Shown: positions 39,306-50,008 of the stretch, piece after piece | Position numbering within the stretch: the stretch's first letter is position 1 | How the letters are laid out: the number at the start of each line of letters is the position of its first letter | From: Acidimicrobiia bacterium | Lineage (GTDB): Bacteria; Actinomycetota; Acidimicrobiia; Spongiisociales; UBA4744 | Assembly: GCA_029863625.1 (NCBI GenBank) | Contig: JAOTUY010000009.1 | Span: 1,523 to 65,522, forward strand | Direction of reading: 5' to 3' | Length of the DNA: 64,000 bases | Program-made: the position numbers and the translations under genes | The notes under the pieces: model-generated | The model's input: the letters and a program-made list of their open reading frames with translations, nothing else | What the model was told of the DNA's origin: nothing | Database searches by the model: none

Positions 39306-39449
39306 TCCGCCTGGACGGCCGGTGCTTGCGACTGTTCCGGCGCATTGTTACGCTCCTGTAATCACATCCTTGTAATTAAGGTTGTGGTCGTGGTCGAGCT
39401 GGGCCACGCGGGGGATCGGTCAGACCGGCCGGTCCAGGGCGGAGACAAC

Positions 39450-40520
39450 ATGGCGATCAACGTCGGGTTGGACATAGGCACGAGCGCTGTTCGTGCGGCT
39501 GTTGTACAGACGGGCAAAGGTGTGCCCGTCCTCCAACGTTATGGACAGGTTGCGCTGCCGGAAGGAGCCGTGGTCGCCGGCGAGATCGTTGAGGAAGCGA
39601 TCGTCCGGGATGCGCTTACCCAACTCTGGAAAACCGCCAAACTGCCAAAGAAGCGGGTGGTGGTTGGCATTGCCAACCAGCGGGTGATCGTCCGGCGAGT
39701 CGATCTACCCTATATGGCCGAAGATGAGCTCGCCCAGGCGCTGCCGTTTCAAGCTCAGGAATACATCCCGATCCCGATCGATGAGGCCATCCTCGACTTC
39801 GTCCCGCTCGAGGAGTTTGCTACCCCAAACGGTGAACCGATGTTATCGGTCCTGGTGGTCGCCGCCCACAAGGACATGGCGGCCGATGTGCTCCGTGTGG
39901 TCGGGAGCGCAGGTATCAAAGTGATGGCCATCGACTTGCAGGCGTTTGCCCTCACCCGGTCGGTGTTGGGAGCTGATTTCGATCTCGACTCGGCGACCCA
40001 GGCCATCATCAACATTGGTGGCGGGTTGACCCAGGTCATCCTCATGAGGGCGGGAACCATCCGGTTCCTCCGGATCTTGACCATGGGCGGGGCTACATTC
40101 ACAGAGGCGCTGGCCGAACGCATGCCGATGGAACCGGAGCAGGCGGAGCAGTACAAGCGCCGCACCGGAGTAGCGATCGATGGGGTCCCGGAGGGGGCCG
40201 AGGGCGAAGCGCTCGCCAAGATGATCCTCACCGAGGAAGCAGACGTCCTCATCGAAGAGATCCGCGGCTCGGTCGACTACTACCTGGGCCAATCAGGCGG
40301 GGATGGCCTGGAACGGCTCTTTGTCGCCGGCAACGGGGCCCGTTTGCCCAACCTCGCCAACCGTTTGGGCCGATCGCTCGGGGTTGGGGTCGAACCGGTT
40401 CGGGTTCTCGACGAGGAGAAAATGCGGGTCGGGAAGTTGGGGCTCAGCGACGTTGAGCTTGCCCAGGCCCAACCGGTGCTGCCCGTTCCGGTTGGACTGG
40501 CGATGTGGGGCGAACTCTGA
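39450..40520 (+). CDS. pilM: Type IV pilus assembly protein PilM (actin-like ATPase fold)
   Basis: INVGLDIGTSAVRAAVV (actin/FtsA-like phosphate-1 motif), about 356 aa. It is followed by pilN with ATGA coupling. Confidence 0.85.
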   Translation: MAINVGLDIGTSAVRAAVVQTGKGVPVLQRYGQVALPEGAVVAGEIVEEAIVRDALTQLWKTAKLPKKRVVVGIANQRVIVRRVDLPYMAEDELAQALPFQAQEYIPIPIDEAILDFVPLEEFATPNGEPMLSVLVVAAHKDMAADVLRVVGSAGIKVMAIDLQAFALTRSVLGADFDLDSATQAIINIGGGLTQVILMRAGTIRFLRILTMGGATFTEALAERMPMEPEQAEQYKRRTGVAIDGVPEGAEGEALAKMILTEEADVLIEEIRGSVDYYLGQSGGDGLERLFVAGNGARLPNLANRLGRSLGVGVEPVRVLDEEKMRVGKLGLSDVELAQAQPVLPVPVGLAMWGEL

Positions 40521-41140
40521 TGAGAACTATCAACCTCCTCCCACCGGAAGCGGCTCAACGGGCTACCGCCCGTCGCAAGTCGGTCGGTTTCATCGCGTTG
40601 GGTTTCTTCTACGTGGTGCTGTTGGCTCTGGTCGCTCTCTGGTGGCAGGGCAAGGCAACCGATGCGGAGAGCGATCGGGATGCGCAACTGGCGGCCAATT
40701 CCCGAATCGAAGCAGAGATCGGGTCTCTGGCAGGTGTCCGGGCTCTGCGTTCCACCTACGATGACGGCGTTGAGCGACTCGATAGCGCCCTGGTCCAAGA
40801 CATTGCTTGGGGTCGCTTGCTCAACGACCTTGCCCGCATCATTCCCGATCGACTGTGGATCACGAGCCTGACCGGCAACGTGCAGGAAGACGAGGAGAAC
40901 CCGTTCTTGCTCGGCCAGGTCTCGGTAACCGGCGTCGCGTTCGACTTTTCCGATGCGTCCTCTTGGCTGCGGGTGCTCGATGCGGAGGAGTGGCCTGCCC
41001 TGGGTGGCGGATGGGTATCTTCCACGAGCCGATCGACGATCGGTGAGTCCCCGGTTGTCAACTTCACGTCGGTTGCCTCGCTCCTCGATCCGGCTCGCTC
41101 AAACCGGGTCGAAGAGCGCACGCCTGAGGTTCCCTCATGA
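40520..41140 (+). CDS. pilN: Type IV pilus assembly protein PilN
   Basis: MRTINLLPPEAAQR carries the INLLP motif that binds PilM. A single TM is followed by a periplasmic domain. Confidence 0.8.
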   Translation: MRTINLLPPEAAQRATARRKSVGFIALGFFYVVLLALVALWWQGKATDAESDRDAQLAANSRIEAEIGSLAGVRALRSTYDDGVERLDSALVQDIAWGRLLNDLARIIPDRLWITSLTGNVQEDEENPFLLGQVSVTGVAFDFSDASSWLRVLDAEEWPALGGGWVSSTSRSTIGESPVVNFTSVASLLDPARSNRVEERTPEVPS

Positions 41141-41742
41141 GACGCTCCGGCCTGGTTTTTGGTGTCTTGGGCATGGTTCTCGTCACGGCACTCTGGTGGA
41201 TGTTCGTGATCTCGCCTACCAACACGAAGATCTCCGATGCGCAGGAAGAGCAGCAATCGGCCGAAGACAACGAGGTACTGTTGCGCACCCAGCTCTCCCG
41301 CCTCAAGAAGATCCAAGAAAACGAGCTGACCTATCGCTCGGCAATTGGAGCGCTCGAAGCGGCGATACCGCCCACCCCCCAGATGCCTGCTTTGATCGAC
41401 ACGCTGGCGGAACTCGCCGAAGCCTCTGGTGTTGAGTGGGAAAGCGGTACCTACGGAAACCCGGTTGAAGTGGAGGGTGAGGACTACTTCGAGATTCCGG
41501 TATCCCTGACGGTGCAGGGCCAGTTTTTTGAAGTGCTTGGGTACCTGTACGGGATCGCCGATCTGGAACGAATCGTCCGGGTCGACGCGATCAGCCTTTC
41601 CCCGACGGAAGACGACAATGGCTTCACCATCGAAAACGTCTCGATCTCGGCGATTACCTTCACCACCGGGGACGTCGTTTTGCCGGCGCCCGAAGTGATA
41701 ACCGAGACGACAACCACGACGACTCCCGGGGACGGTGAGTGA
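41137..41742 (+). CDS. pilO: Type IV pilus assembly protein PilO
   Basis: N-terminal TM, a coiled-coil (LRTQLSRLKKIQENELTYRS), then a ferredoxin-like periplasmic domain. Sits in pilMNO order. Confidence 0.7.
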   Translation: MRRSGLVFGVLGMVLVTALWWMFVISPTNTKISDAQEEQQSAEDNEVLLRTQLSRLKKIQENELTYRSAIGALEAAIPPTPQMPALIDTLAELAEASGVEWESGTYGNPVEVEGEDYFEIPVSLTVQGQFFEVLGYLYGIADLERIVRVDAISLSPTEDDNGFTIENVSISAITFTTGDVVLPAPEVITETTTTTTPGDGE

Positions 41743-42248
41743 TGAGAGCAAGAAACAGCGGAACGGCGGCAGCTGTGGCAATCCTCCTGATCGGGGTGGC
41801 GGTCGCCGGGGCCTGGATGGTGGTCGCACCCTCCATATTCGGCACGTCCGAACCCTTGCTCGACGGCCCTCTGGCCGAGTCGGCCCTGGCTGCGCCGGCG
41901 ACCCCCGGGCTCATCGAGGGTGTGAAGGTGCTGAGTTCCTTTCAGGTGTCACAACCCCGTGATCCTTTCCGCCCCCTGATCACCGAAGATTCCGCACCCG
42001 GGGGTACCGGTACGGGGACCGATAACGGGTTTGAGCCGTCGGGCATCCGGGTGACCCTGGTTGAGATCAGAGACGTATCCGGCGTCTTGCGAGCCACCGT
42101 CAAGGTGGACGGCACCGACTATGACGTTGGGGTGGGAGACACCTTTGCCGGCGACTTCAAGGTTGTCAGCCTCGATGCCGATAGCGGCGTGTTCCTCTTC
42201 GGCGACAATGCCTTCGAGCTAGCCGAAGGTCAGGAGATCCTGAAGTAG
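41739..42248 (+). CDS. PilP-like secreted/membrane-anchored protein (169 aa)
   Basis: N-terminal TM/signal, an RDPFRP motif and a C-terminal beta-sandwich-like segment (IRVTLVEIRD...VKVDGTDYDVGVGDTFAGDFKVVSLD), similar in organisation to PilP/GspC HR domains. It is the last gene of the pilMNO operon. No secretin gene is present. Confidence 0.45.
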   Translation: MMRARNSGTAAAVAILLIGVAVAGAWMVVAPSIFGTSEPLLDGPLAESALAAPATPGLIEGVKVLSSFQVSQPRDPFRPLITEDSAPGGTGTGTDNGFEPSGIRVTLVEIRDVSGVLRATVKVDGTDYDVGVGDTFAGDFKVVSLDADSGVFLFGDNAFELAEGQEILK

Positions 42249-42288
42249 CGACTTGCTACTTCGCTCCCGACACTCGAAACTCACTCCC

Positions 42289-43440
42289 ATGTTGCGCTTT
42301 CTCACTGCAGGCGAATCGCACGGCCCGGGTCTGGTCACCATTGTTGAAGGACTGCCGGCCGGGCTCGAGATACGATCCGAGGGCCTTGCCACCCAGCTGG
42401 GACGTCGTCGGTTGGGTTTTGGTCGGGGCAGGCGCATGATGATCGAAAAAGACGAGCTGGAGATTCTGGCCGGAGTTCGGCACGGCCGTACGCTCGGGAG
42501 CCCTCTGGCGGTGGTCATTCGCAACACTGAGTGGGCGAGATGGGCCGAGGAGATGTCCCCGGAGCCGGGCGATCCGAAGCGGGTGATGGCGACGCCCCGA
42601 CCGGGCCACGCCGATCTAGCCGGGATGCTCAAGTACGACACCCACGACGCCCGCGATATTCTCGAACGGGCCTCAGCCCGGGAAACGGCGGCCAGAACGG
42701 TCGCCGGATATGCGGCCGGCCAGCTACTCCGACAGGTGGACATGTCTGTGCTGAGCCACGTCGTCTCGATCGGTTCGATCTCTGTGCCAGTGGGTACGGC
42801 TCCCGGTCCCGGCGACCTCGAGGCCATCGATGATTCGCCCGTGCGGGTCTTCGCCCGGGAGACCGAGGGCGCCATGACTGAGGCCATCGAGCAGGCTAAG
42901 GCCAATCGTGACACGCTCGGCGGCGTGGTTGAGATCCTCGCCTTTGGCGCGCCGGCAGGGCTCGGCAGCCACGTTCATTGGGATCGGCGTCTCGATTCGC
43001 AGCTGGCCGGCGCTTTGATGTCTATCCAGGGCATCAAGGCTGTCGAGATAGGCGACGGGCTGGCCTCAGCGGCGCGACCGGGTTCGGAAGCGCACGACGA
43101 AATCGGTTTCGCAGGCCGCCAATTCGTACGTCAATCAGACCGGGCCGGAGGTCTGGAGGGTGGGATCAGCACAGGTCAGACGTTGCGGATGCGAGCTGCG
43201 ATGAAGCCGATTTCGACGTTGATGCGGCCCCTCAAGAGCGTGGACGTCGCAACGAAGGAACCGGCCGACGCTTTCCGGGAACGATCGGATGTCTGTGCGG
43301 TTCCGGCGGCGGGCGTCGTCGCCGAACAGATGGTGGCGTACGTGCTGGCCGCAGAGGTGCTTCGGAAATTCGGGGGAGACACCGTGGCCGATCTCGTAGC
43401 CGCCGTCACGGCATACCGAACGCGACTCCTGGCATTCTGA
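42289..43440 (+). CDS. aroC: Chorismate synthase
   Basis: MLRFLTAGESHGPGLV, GRSSARETA-like SARETAART, and FGAPAGLG. Confidence 0.95.
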   Translation: MLRFLTAGESHGPGLVTIVEGLPAGLEIRSEGLATQLGRRRLGFGRGRRMMIEKDELEILAGVRHGRTLGSPLAVVIRNTEWARWAEEMSPEPGDPKRVMATPRPGHADLAGMLKYDTHDARDILERASARETAARTVAGYAAGQLLRQVDMSVLSHVVSIGSISVPVGTAPGPGDLEAIDDSPVRVFARETEGAMTEAIEQAKANRDTLGGVVEILAFGAPAGLGSHVHWDRRLDSQLAGALMSIQGIKAVEIGDGLASAARPGSEAHDEIGFAGRQFVRQSDRAGGLEGGISTGQTLRMRAAMKPISTLMRPLKSVDVATKEPADAFRERSDVCAVPAAGVVAEQMVAYVLAAEVLRKFGGDTVADLVAAVTAYRTRLLAF

Positions 43441-43952
43441 TGCGAGCCTTGTGGCTGGTCGGCATGATGGGGTCGGGGAAGACAACCGTTGGTGAGCTCA
43501 TCGCCCGGCGAACCGGGCTTGTCTTTGTCGACACTGATTCGGTTATTGAGGCGGCGAGCGATCGAGCGATCTCGTCCATCTTTGAGACCGATGGCGAAGA
43601 GGCCTTTCGGGACCTCGAAGCCGACTGCATAGATCGCATTGTGGCAACCGGGCGGGATTGCGTAGTCGCAACCGGGGGCGGCATTGTGCTCCGACCGCAG
43701 AACGTCTCGGCAATGCGCAGCAACGGCAGGGTTGTCTGGTTGATGGCAGGACGAGACGAGCTGGCGGCCCGCGTTGACGATTCGCCGGCCCGGCCGCTTC
43801 TCTTCAACCAGCAGACCGCGCAGCGTCTGGACGCGTTGTTGGTCGAACGCGCCGCGGCCTATGCCGCGGCCGCCCATCATACCGTCGACACCGCTGCGAA
43901 GAGTCCAGAGGATGTGGCCCGGGAGGTGATCTTGCTGTGGGACGGCTCGTGA
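43440..43952 (+). CDS. aroK: Shikimate kinase
   Basis: Walker A LVGMMGSGKTTVG and the ATGGG motif (VVATGGGIV). The ATG overlaps the aroC TGA. Confidence 0.9.
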   Translation: MRALWLVGMMGSGKTTVGELIARRTGLVFVDTDSVIEAASDRAISSIFETDGEEAFRDLEADCIDRIVATGRDCVVATGGGIVLRPQNVSAMRSNGRVVWLMAGRDELAARVDDSPARPLLFNQQTAQRLDALLVERAAAYAAAAHHTVDTAAKSPEDVAREVILLWDGS

Positions 43953-44962
43953 TCGGCGAACAGTCCGAGATTCTCATCGATCGGGATCTCCTGCGGGGCG
44001 CCATCCTGCCGGCTCGATCCGACCGAAGGAAAGTCGCCGTGTTCACCCAACCGGGCGCTCGGCACATCGCCGAAATGGTCGTCGAAGGGGTGGCGTCCGT
44101 CGACGTGCAGCAGATGATCCTGCCGGACCGCGACACCGCCAAGACCCTGGCAGTTGTCCAGACCGCCTACGAATGGCTGGCCGATATGGGAATGGGCCGC
44201 CGTGACACGATCGTCGGTGTGGGGGGAGGTTCGGTGACGGATGTGGCCGGATTCGTTGCGGCCACATATCTGCGAGGGATCGAAGTCGTCCATGTCCCCA
44301 CGACGCTGCTCGGGGCCGTCGATGCGTCGATCGGGGGCAAGACCGGGGTCAACCTGGGTGGAAAGAACCTGGTTGGATCGTTCCACCACCCGACCCGAGT
44401 GTTGATCGACCTCGATGTCCTCGACCGGCTCCCGATCGAGCTCAAGCGTGAGGGGATGGCGGAAGCGTTGAAGGCTGCTCTGATCGGGGACCCCGCATTG
44501 TTGGTGCATCTCGAGTCGACCGGCCTGGGCGCAGATCTGAGCGTGGTTGTGCCACGAGCTGTGGCGGTCAAAGTTGCAGTAGTCGACCAGGATTTTCGCG
44601 AGACCGGCCTTCGGGCCACCCTCAACTACGGACACACGATCGGCCACGCCGTTGAGATCACAGCCGGAATGCCGCACGGGCACGCGGTGGCCGTCGGCAT
44701 GGCCGCGGCCGGTCGCATTGCTGAGGAACTCGTCGGATTCGCAAACGCCGGTCGCCAGCTAAAGGCCATCGTTGGGCTCGGCCTGCCCATCGCAACGGAA
44801 GGTGTCGAGCGTCGGCCGGTGCTCGATGTGCTCACCCGGGACAAGAAACGCGACGCCTCGGGCATGCGAATGGTGCTCCTGCGAGCGATTGGTGAGCCGG
44901 TTGTACTCTCCGTGTCCGGCGAAGCAATTGACGCAGGGCTGGCCAGTATCGGTATCACCTAG
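43937..44962 (+). CDS. aroB: 3-dehydroquinate synthase
   Basis: Gly-rich NAD site GVGGGSVTDVAGFVA and metal-binding HxxxH (LNYGHTIGHAVE). Confidence 0.9.
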   Translation: MGRLVIGEQSEILIDRDLLRGAILPARSDRRKVAVFTQPGARHIAEMVVEGVASVDVQQMILPDRDTAKTLAVVQTAYEWLADMGMGRRDTIVGVGGGSVTDVAGFVAATYLRGIEVVHVPTTLLGAVDASIGGKTGVNLGGKNLVGSFHHPTRVLIDLDVLDRLPIELKREGMAEALKAALIGDPALLVHLESTGLGADLSVVVPRAVAVKVAVVDQDFRETGLRATLNYGHTIGHAVEITAGMPHGHAVAVGMAAAGRIAEELVGFANAGRQLKAIVGLGLPIATEGVERRPVLDVLTRDKKRDASGMRMVLLRAIGEPVVLSVSGEAIDAGLASIGIT

Positions 44963-45056
44963 GAGACCGTTTGGCAATGCATGTCCCGCATCTCGACGCC
45001 ATCACTGAGCAGAGTCCGAGCGATACACTCCGGGCTGCGCAAAGGAGCCATACCGA

Positions 45057-45614
45057 ATGATCTCGACTAATGAAGCACGCCCCGGGATGGCTCTCAACCT
45101 ACCGGAGGGTCTCTTCAGCATCATCGAGTATCAGCACGTCAAGCCGGGCAAGGGCCGGGCTTTCGTGAGGATGAAACTCAGGAACCTCGACACCGGCGCC
45201 GTCATCGACCGAACCTTTCGGGCGGGTGAGTCGGTCGAGCAGGCGGTCATCGATCGGAGAGACCATCAGTTCCTCTATCGCGACGATCTCGGGTTTCACT
45301 TCATGGATCTCGAAACCTACAGCCAGTTCGCCATCCCGGCAGACGACGTTGGGAACGCCGCGCCCTACCTCGTTGATGGGATGACCGCTTTGTTGCATAT
45401 GTACCAGGGCAGGGCGGTTGCGGTCGAGATGCCGCCTGCGGTGGAACTCGAGGTCATCAAGGCCGAACCGGGAGTGAAGGGGGATCGGGTCTCGGGGGCC
45501 ACAAAACCGGTGACCGTGCAAACGGGACTCGTGGTCCAAGCACCCCTGTTCGTCGGCGAGGGGGATGTCATCAAAGTCGATACCCGTAGCGGCGAATACC
45601 TGACCCGCGTGTGA
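45057..45614 (+). CDS. efp: Elongation factor P
   Basis: MISTNEARPGMAL..., KPGKGRAFVRMKLRNL (the conserved KPGKG loop), 185 aa. RBS AAAGGAG. Confidence 0.95.
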   Translation: MISTNEARPGMALNLPEGLFSIIEYQHVKPGKGRAFVRMKLRNLDTGAVIDRTFRAGESVEQAVIDRRDHQFLYRDDLGFHFMDLETYSQFAIPADDVGNAAPYLVDGMTALLHMYQGRAVAVEMPPAVELEVIKAEPGVKGDRVSGATKPVTVQTGLVVQAPLFVGEGDVIKVDTRSGEYLTRV

Positions 45615-46036
45615 CCACTCCAGAACAAGTCCGCCCCGAGCCGCGCGACCTGGCGCTCATCGCCCTCTACGAGGCCGACCAGCGGGGCATGGTTCAAGCA
45701 GAAATCGATACCGGCCTTCCTGTCAAGGCAGCCCGCCTTATTCGGGGGGTCGGCGATCACCTCGGCGAACTGGACAGATCGATTGATGGAGTGTCGACCC
45801 GCTGGCGGGTGGCTCGGATGCCGCCCGTAGATCGCTGCATCCTTCGGCTGGGCTTGTACGAGCTTCGGTTCGAGCAGAGGACGCCGATGGCGGTGGTTGT
45901 TTCCGAAGCGGTTCGTCTTGCCAAGGTGTATTCGACGGAACGCAGCGGGGCATTCGTGAATGGAATTCTCGCCAAATTGGCTGCGGTGGAACGTCCAGAT
46001 GAGGCTCCGCATATAGGAAACCCGGCTTCTTCTTGA
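45611..46036 (+). CDS. nusB: Transcription antitermination factor NusB
   Basis: About 140 aa, all-helical, with the conserved R-x-A-R-x-L-A-L-Q-x-LY-like core (RDLALIALYEADQRG) and a C-terminal AVVVSEAVRLAKVYS. Confidence 0.85.
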   Translation: MTTPEQVRPEPRDLALIALYEADQRGMVQAEIDTGLPVKAARLIRGVGDHLGELDRSIDGVSTRWRVARMPPVDRCILRLGLYELRFEQRTPMAVVVSEAVRLAKVYSTERSGAFVNGILAKLAAVERPDEAPHIGNPASS

Positions 46037-46070
46037 TCGTGTGCTACGCTCCGGCCAACGTCCTTTAACG

Positions 46071-47603
<1,533 letters not shown>

Positions 47604-47611
<8 letters not shown>

Positions 47612-48875
47612 GATTCTCATCACCAACGGGAAACTCGTGACGGCCGACGGTGTGATCCAAAAAGACATCCGGATCGAGAACGGCAGCGTGAAGGAAATCG
47701 GGATCGACCTGAAGACCTCAGGTGAGACCATCGATTGTGGAGGGAGCCTGGTCGGTCCCGGCTTTGTCGACATCCACGTACATTTTCGCGAGCCCGGCCA
47801 GGAGTGGAAAGAGGACATCGGGAGCGGATCGGCGGCTGCCGCGGCCGGAGGTTTCACAGCGGTGGTCGTGATGCCGAACACCGAACCGGCGGTCGATGCC
47901 GGACACCTGGCGCGATTCGTGATCGACCGCGGCCGGGAAGAAGGTTTGGTTGAGGTTGTTCCGGCTGGGGCCATCACCATGGGAAGAGAGGGAAAGAAGC
48001 TTGCTCACCTCGATCAGCTGTGGGCGGCGGGTGTGAGGATCTTCACCGACGACGGCGACTCGGTTGAGGATGCCGGTCTCTTGCGCAGGGCGATGGAATA
48101 CCTGGCCGAGATCGGTGGGTTGGTCGCCCAACATCCAGAAGATCGGGGGCTTACGAGAGATGGCCATATGCACGAAGGGAGTGTTTCCTCGCGACTGGGT
48201 ATGGCCGGAATCCCGGCCATAGGGGAGGAGGCCGTGGTGGCTCGAGATCTAGCCCTGGCGCGGCTGACCGGTGTCCGCTATCACGTCCAGCACGTTTCTA
48301 CGGCGGGCGCCGTCGAACTCGTCGGGAAGGCCAAAGCTGAAGGTCTGGCGGTGACCGCCGAAGTGACCCCTCACCACCTGATGCTCGATCACGGTGAAGT
48401 CGAACGGATGAACCCGGATGTCAAGATGTACCCGCCCCTCCGCCGACCTGCCGACGTTGAAGCCGTTCGGGCCGGGCTCGTAGACGGGACCATCGATGTC
48501 GTGGCAACCGACCATGCCCCCCACGCTGCCCACGAGAAGGACGTTCCCTTCGAAGAGGCCCCGCGCGGCATCATCGGTCTCGAGACGTCCGCGGCAGTCG
48601 TCAATACGTCGGTCGAACTCGGCCCGGTCGAGTTCTTTCAGCGCATGTCGGTCGCTCCTGCCCACATCGCCGGGCTGCACGAGCACGGGCGATGGCTCGA
48701 GCCAGGCGGACTGGCCAACCTGGTCGTCTTCGATCCGAGCGCAGCATGGAAACCCGAGGTTTTCGAGTCGAGGGCTGAGAACTCACCCTTCATCGGGAGG
48801 TCGTTGCAGGGGCGGGTGGTAGCCACCATCTACAACGGACGGGTTACCTACCGGGACGGCAAGGTGCACCGGTGA
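47604..48875 (+). CDS. pyrC: Dihydroorotase
   Basis: Metal-binding DIHVHFREPG, the DHAPH motif (VATDHAPHAAHEK), about 420 aa amidohydrolase. The ATG overlaps the pyrB stop. Confidence 0.9.
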
Positions 48876-50008
48876 AGGAAGGCCTGGCTGTCACGGCCGA
48901 CGGCCAGGTCTTTCGCGGGATGTCGAAAGGCGCAGAGGGTGTGAGCGTAGGCGAGGTGATCTTCAACACCTCGATGAGCGGCTATCAGGAGATCCTGACC
49001 GATCCCTCGTACGCCGGCCAGGTGATTGTCATGACGCTGCCCCATATCGGTAACTATGGCGTGGTCGCCGGGGACGACCAGGCCCCGGCGCCGACGGCGG
49101 CCGGCCTGATCGTACGATCGCTGGCGCGTCGCTATTCCAGTTGGCGGGCAGACGGGTCCCTCGCCGATTTGCTGGCAGACCGGGGGATTGTGGCGCTGGC
49201 CGGCATCGACACTCGCAGGTTGACCCGACACATCCAGTCGGCCGGAGCGATGCAGATCGCCATCGGCACAGATGTCGATGTGACCGAATTGGCAGAGCTG
49301 GCCGCGGCGGCCCCGGTGATAGACGGGCGAGATCTGGCCAGCAATGTGACGACCTCACACGCTTGGACCCAGCCGGCCTTTGGGGAGCGGCGCGGGAAGG
49401 TTGTTGCGCTGGATCTGGGCATCAAGCGGTCCATCGTTCGGGAGCTGGCAGGGCAAGGTCTCGAGGTGAGGGTCGTTCCGCTCAACACACCGGCAGAGTC
49501 CATAATCGAACAGTCACCGGATGGTGTTTTCCTGTCAAACGGCCCGGGGGATCCGGCCGCGCTGCCGTTGGCGATCGCAACGGTTCGCTTGCTGCTGGGC
49601 CGGGTTCCCATTTTTGGGATCTGTTTGGGTCATCAGGTGCTCGGTCTGGCGTTGGGGGCCACCACCTACAAGCTGCCGTTCGGTCACCACGGCGGAAACC
49701 ATCCGGTGAGACGACTGATCGATGGAAGGATCGAGGTCACGGCCCACAACCACGGGTTCGCCGTCAATCTCACCAACCTGGCGGGAGGCGACGGGGAGAC
49801 TCCTGTGCTGCCGGCCGCCGATCGATTGCGCACCGAATTCGGTGAGATCGTGGCGACGCACGTGAACCTGAACGATGGCACGGTGGAAGGTTTGGCATGC
49901 CGAGACGTCGACGCCTTTTCGGTCCAGTACCACCCGGAGGCGGCACCGGGGCCCCACGATGCTTTGCACTATTTCGACCATTTCGCCGATCTGATCGCCC
50001 AGCGCTGA
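48872..50008 (+). CDS. carA: Carbamoyl-phosphate synthase small (glutaminase) subunit
   Basis: N-terminal CPSase small-chain domain ([21 protein letters not shown]) and a GATase triad (GICLGHQVL...H..E). Confidence 0.95.
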   Translation: MKEGLAVTADGQVFRGMSKGAEGVSVGEVIFNTSMSGYQEILTDPSYAGQVIVMTLPHIGNYGVVAGDDQAPAPTAAGLIVRSLARRYSSWRADGSLADLLADRGIVALAGIDTRRLTRHIQSAGAMQIAIGTDVDVTELAELAAAAPVIDGRDLASNVTTSHAWTQPAFGERRGKVVALDLGIKRSIVRELAGQGLEVRVVPLNTPAESIIEQSPDGVFLSNGPGDPAALPLAIATVRLLLGRVPIFGICLGHQVLGLALGATTYKLPFGHHGGNHPVRRLIDGRIEVTAHNHGFAVNLTNLAGGDGETPVLPAADRLRTEFGEIVATHVNLNDGTVEGLACRDVDAFSVQYHPEAAPGPHDALHYFDHFADLIAQR

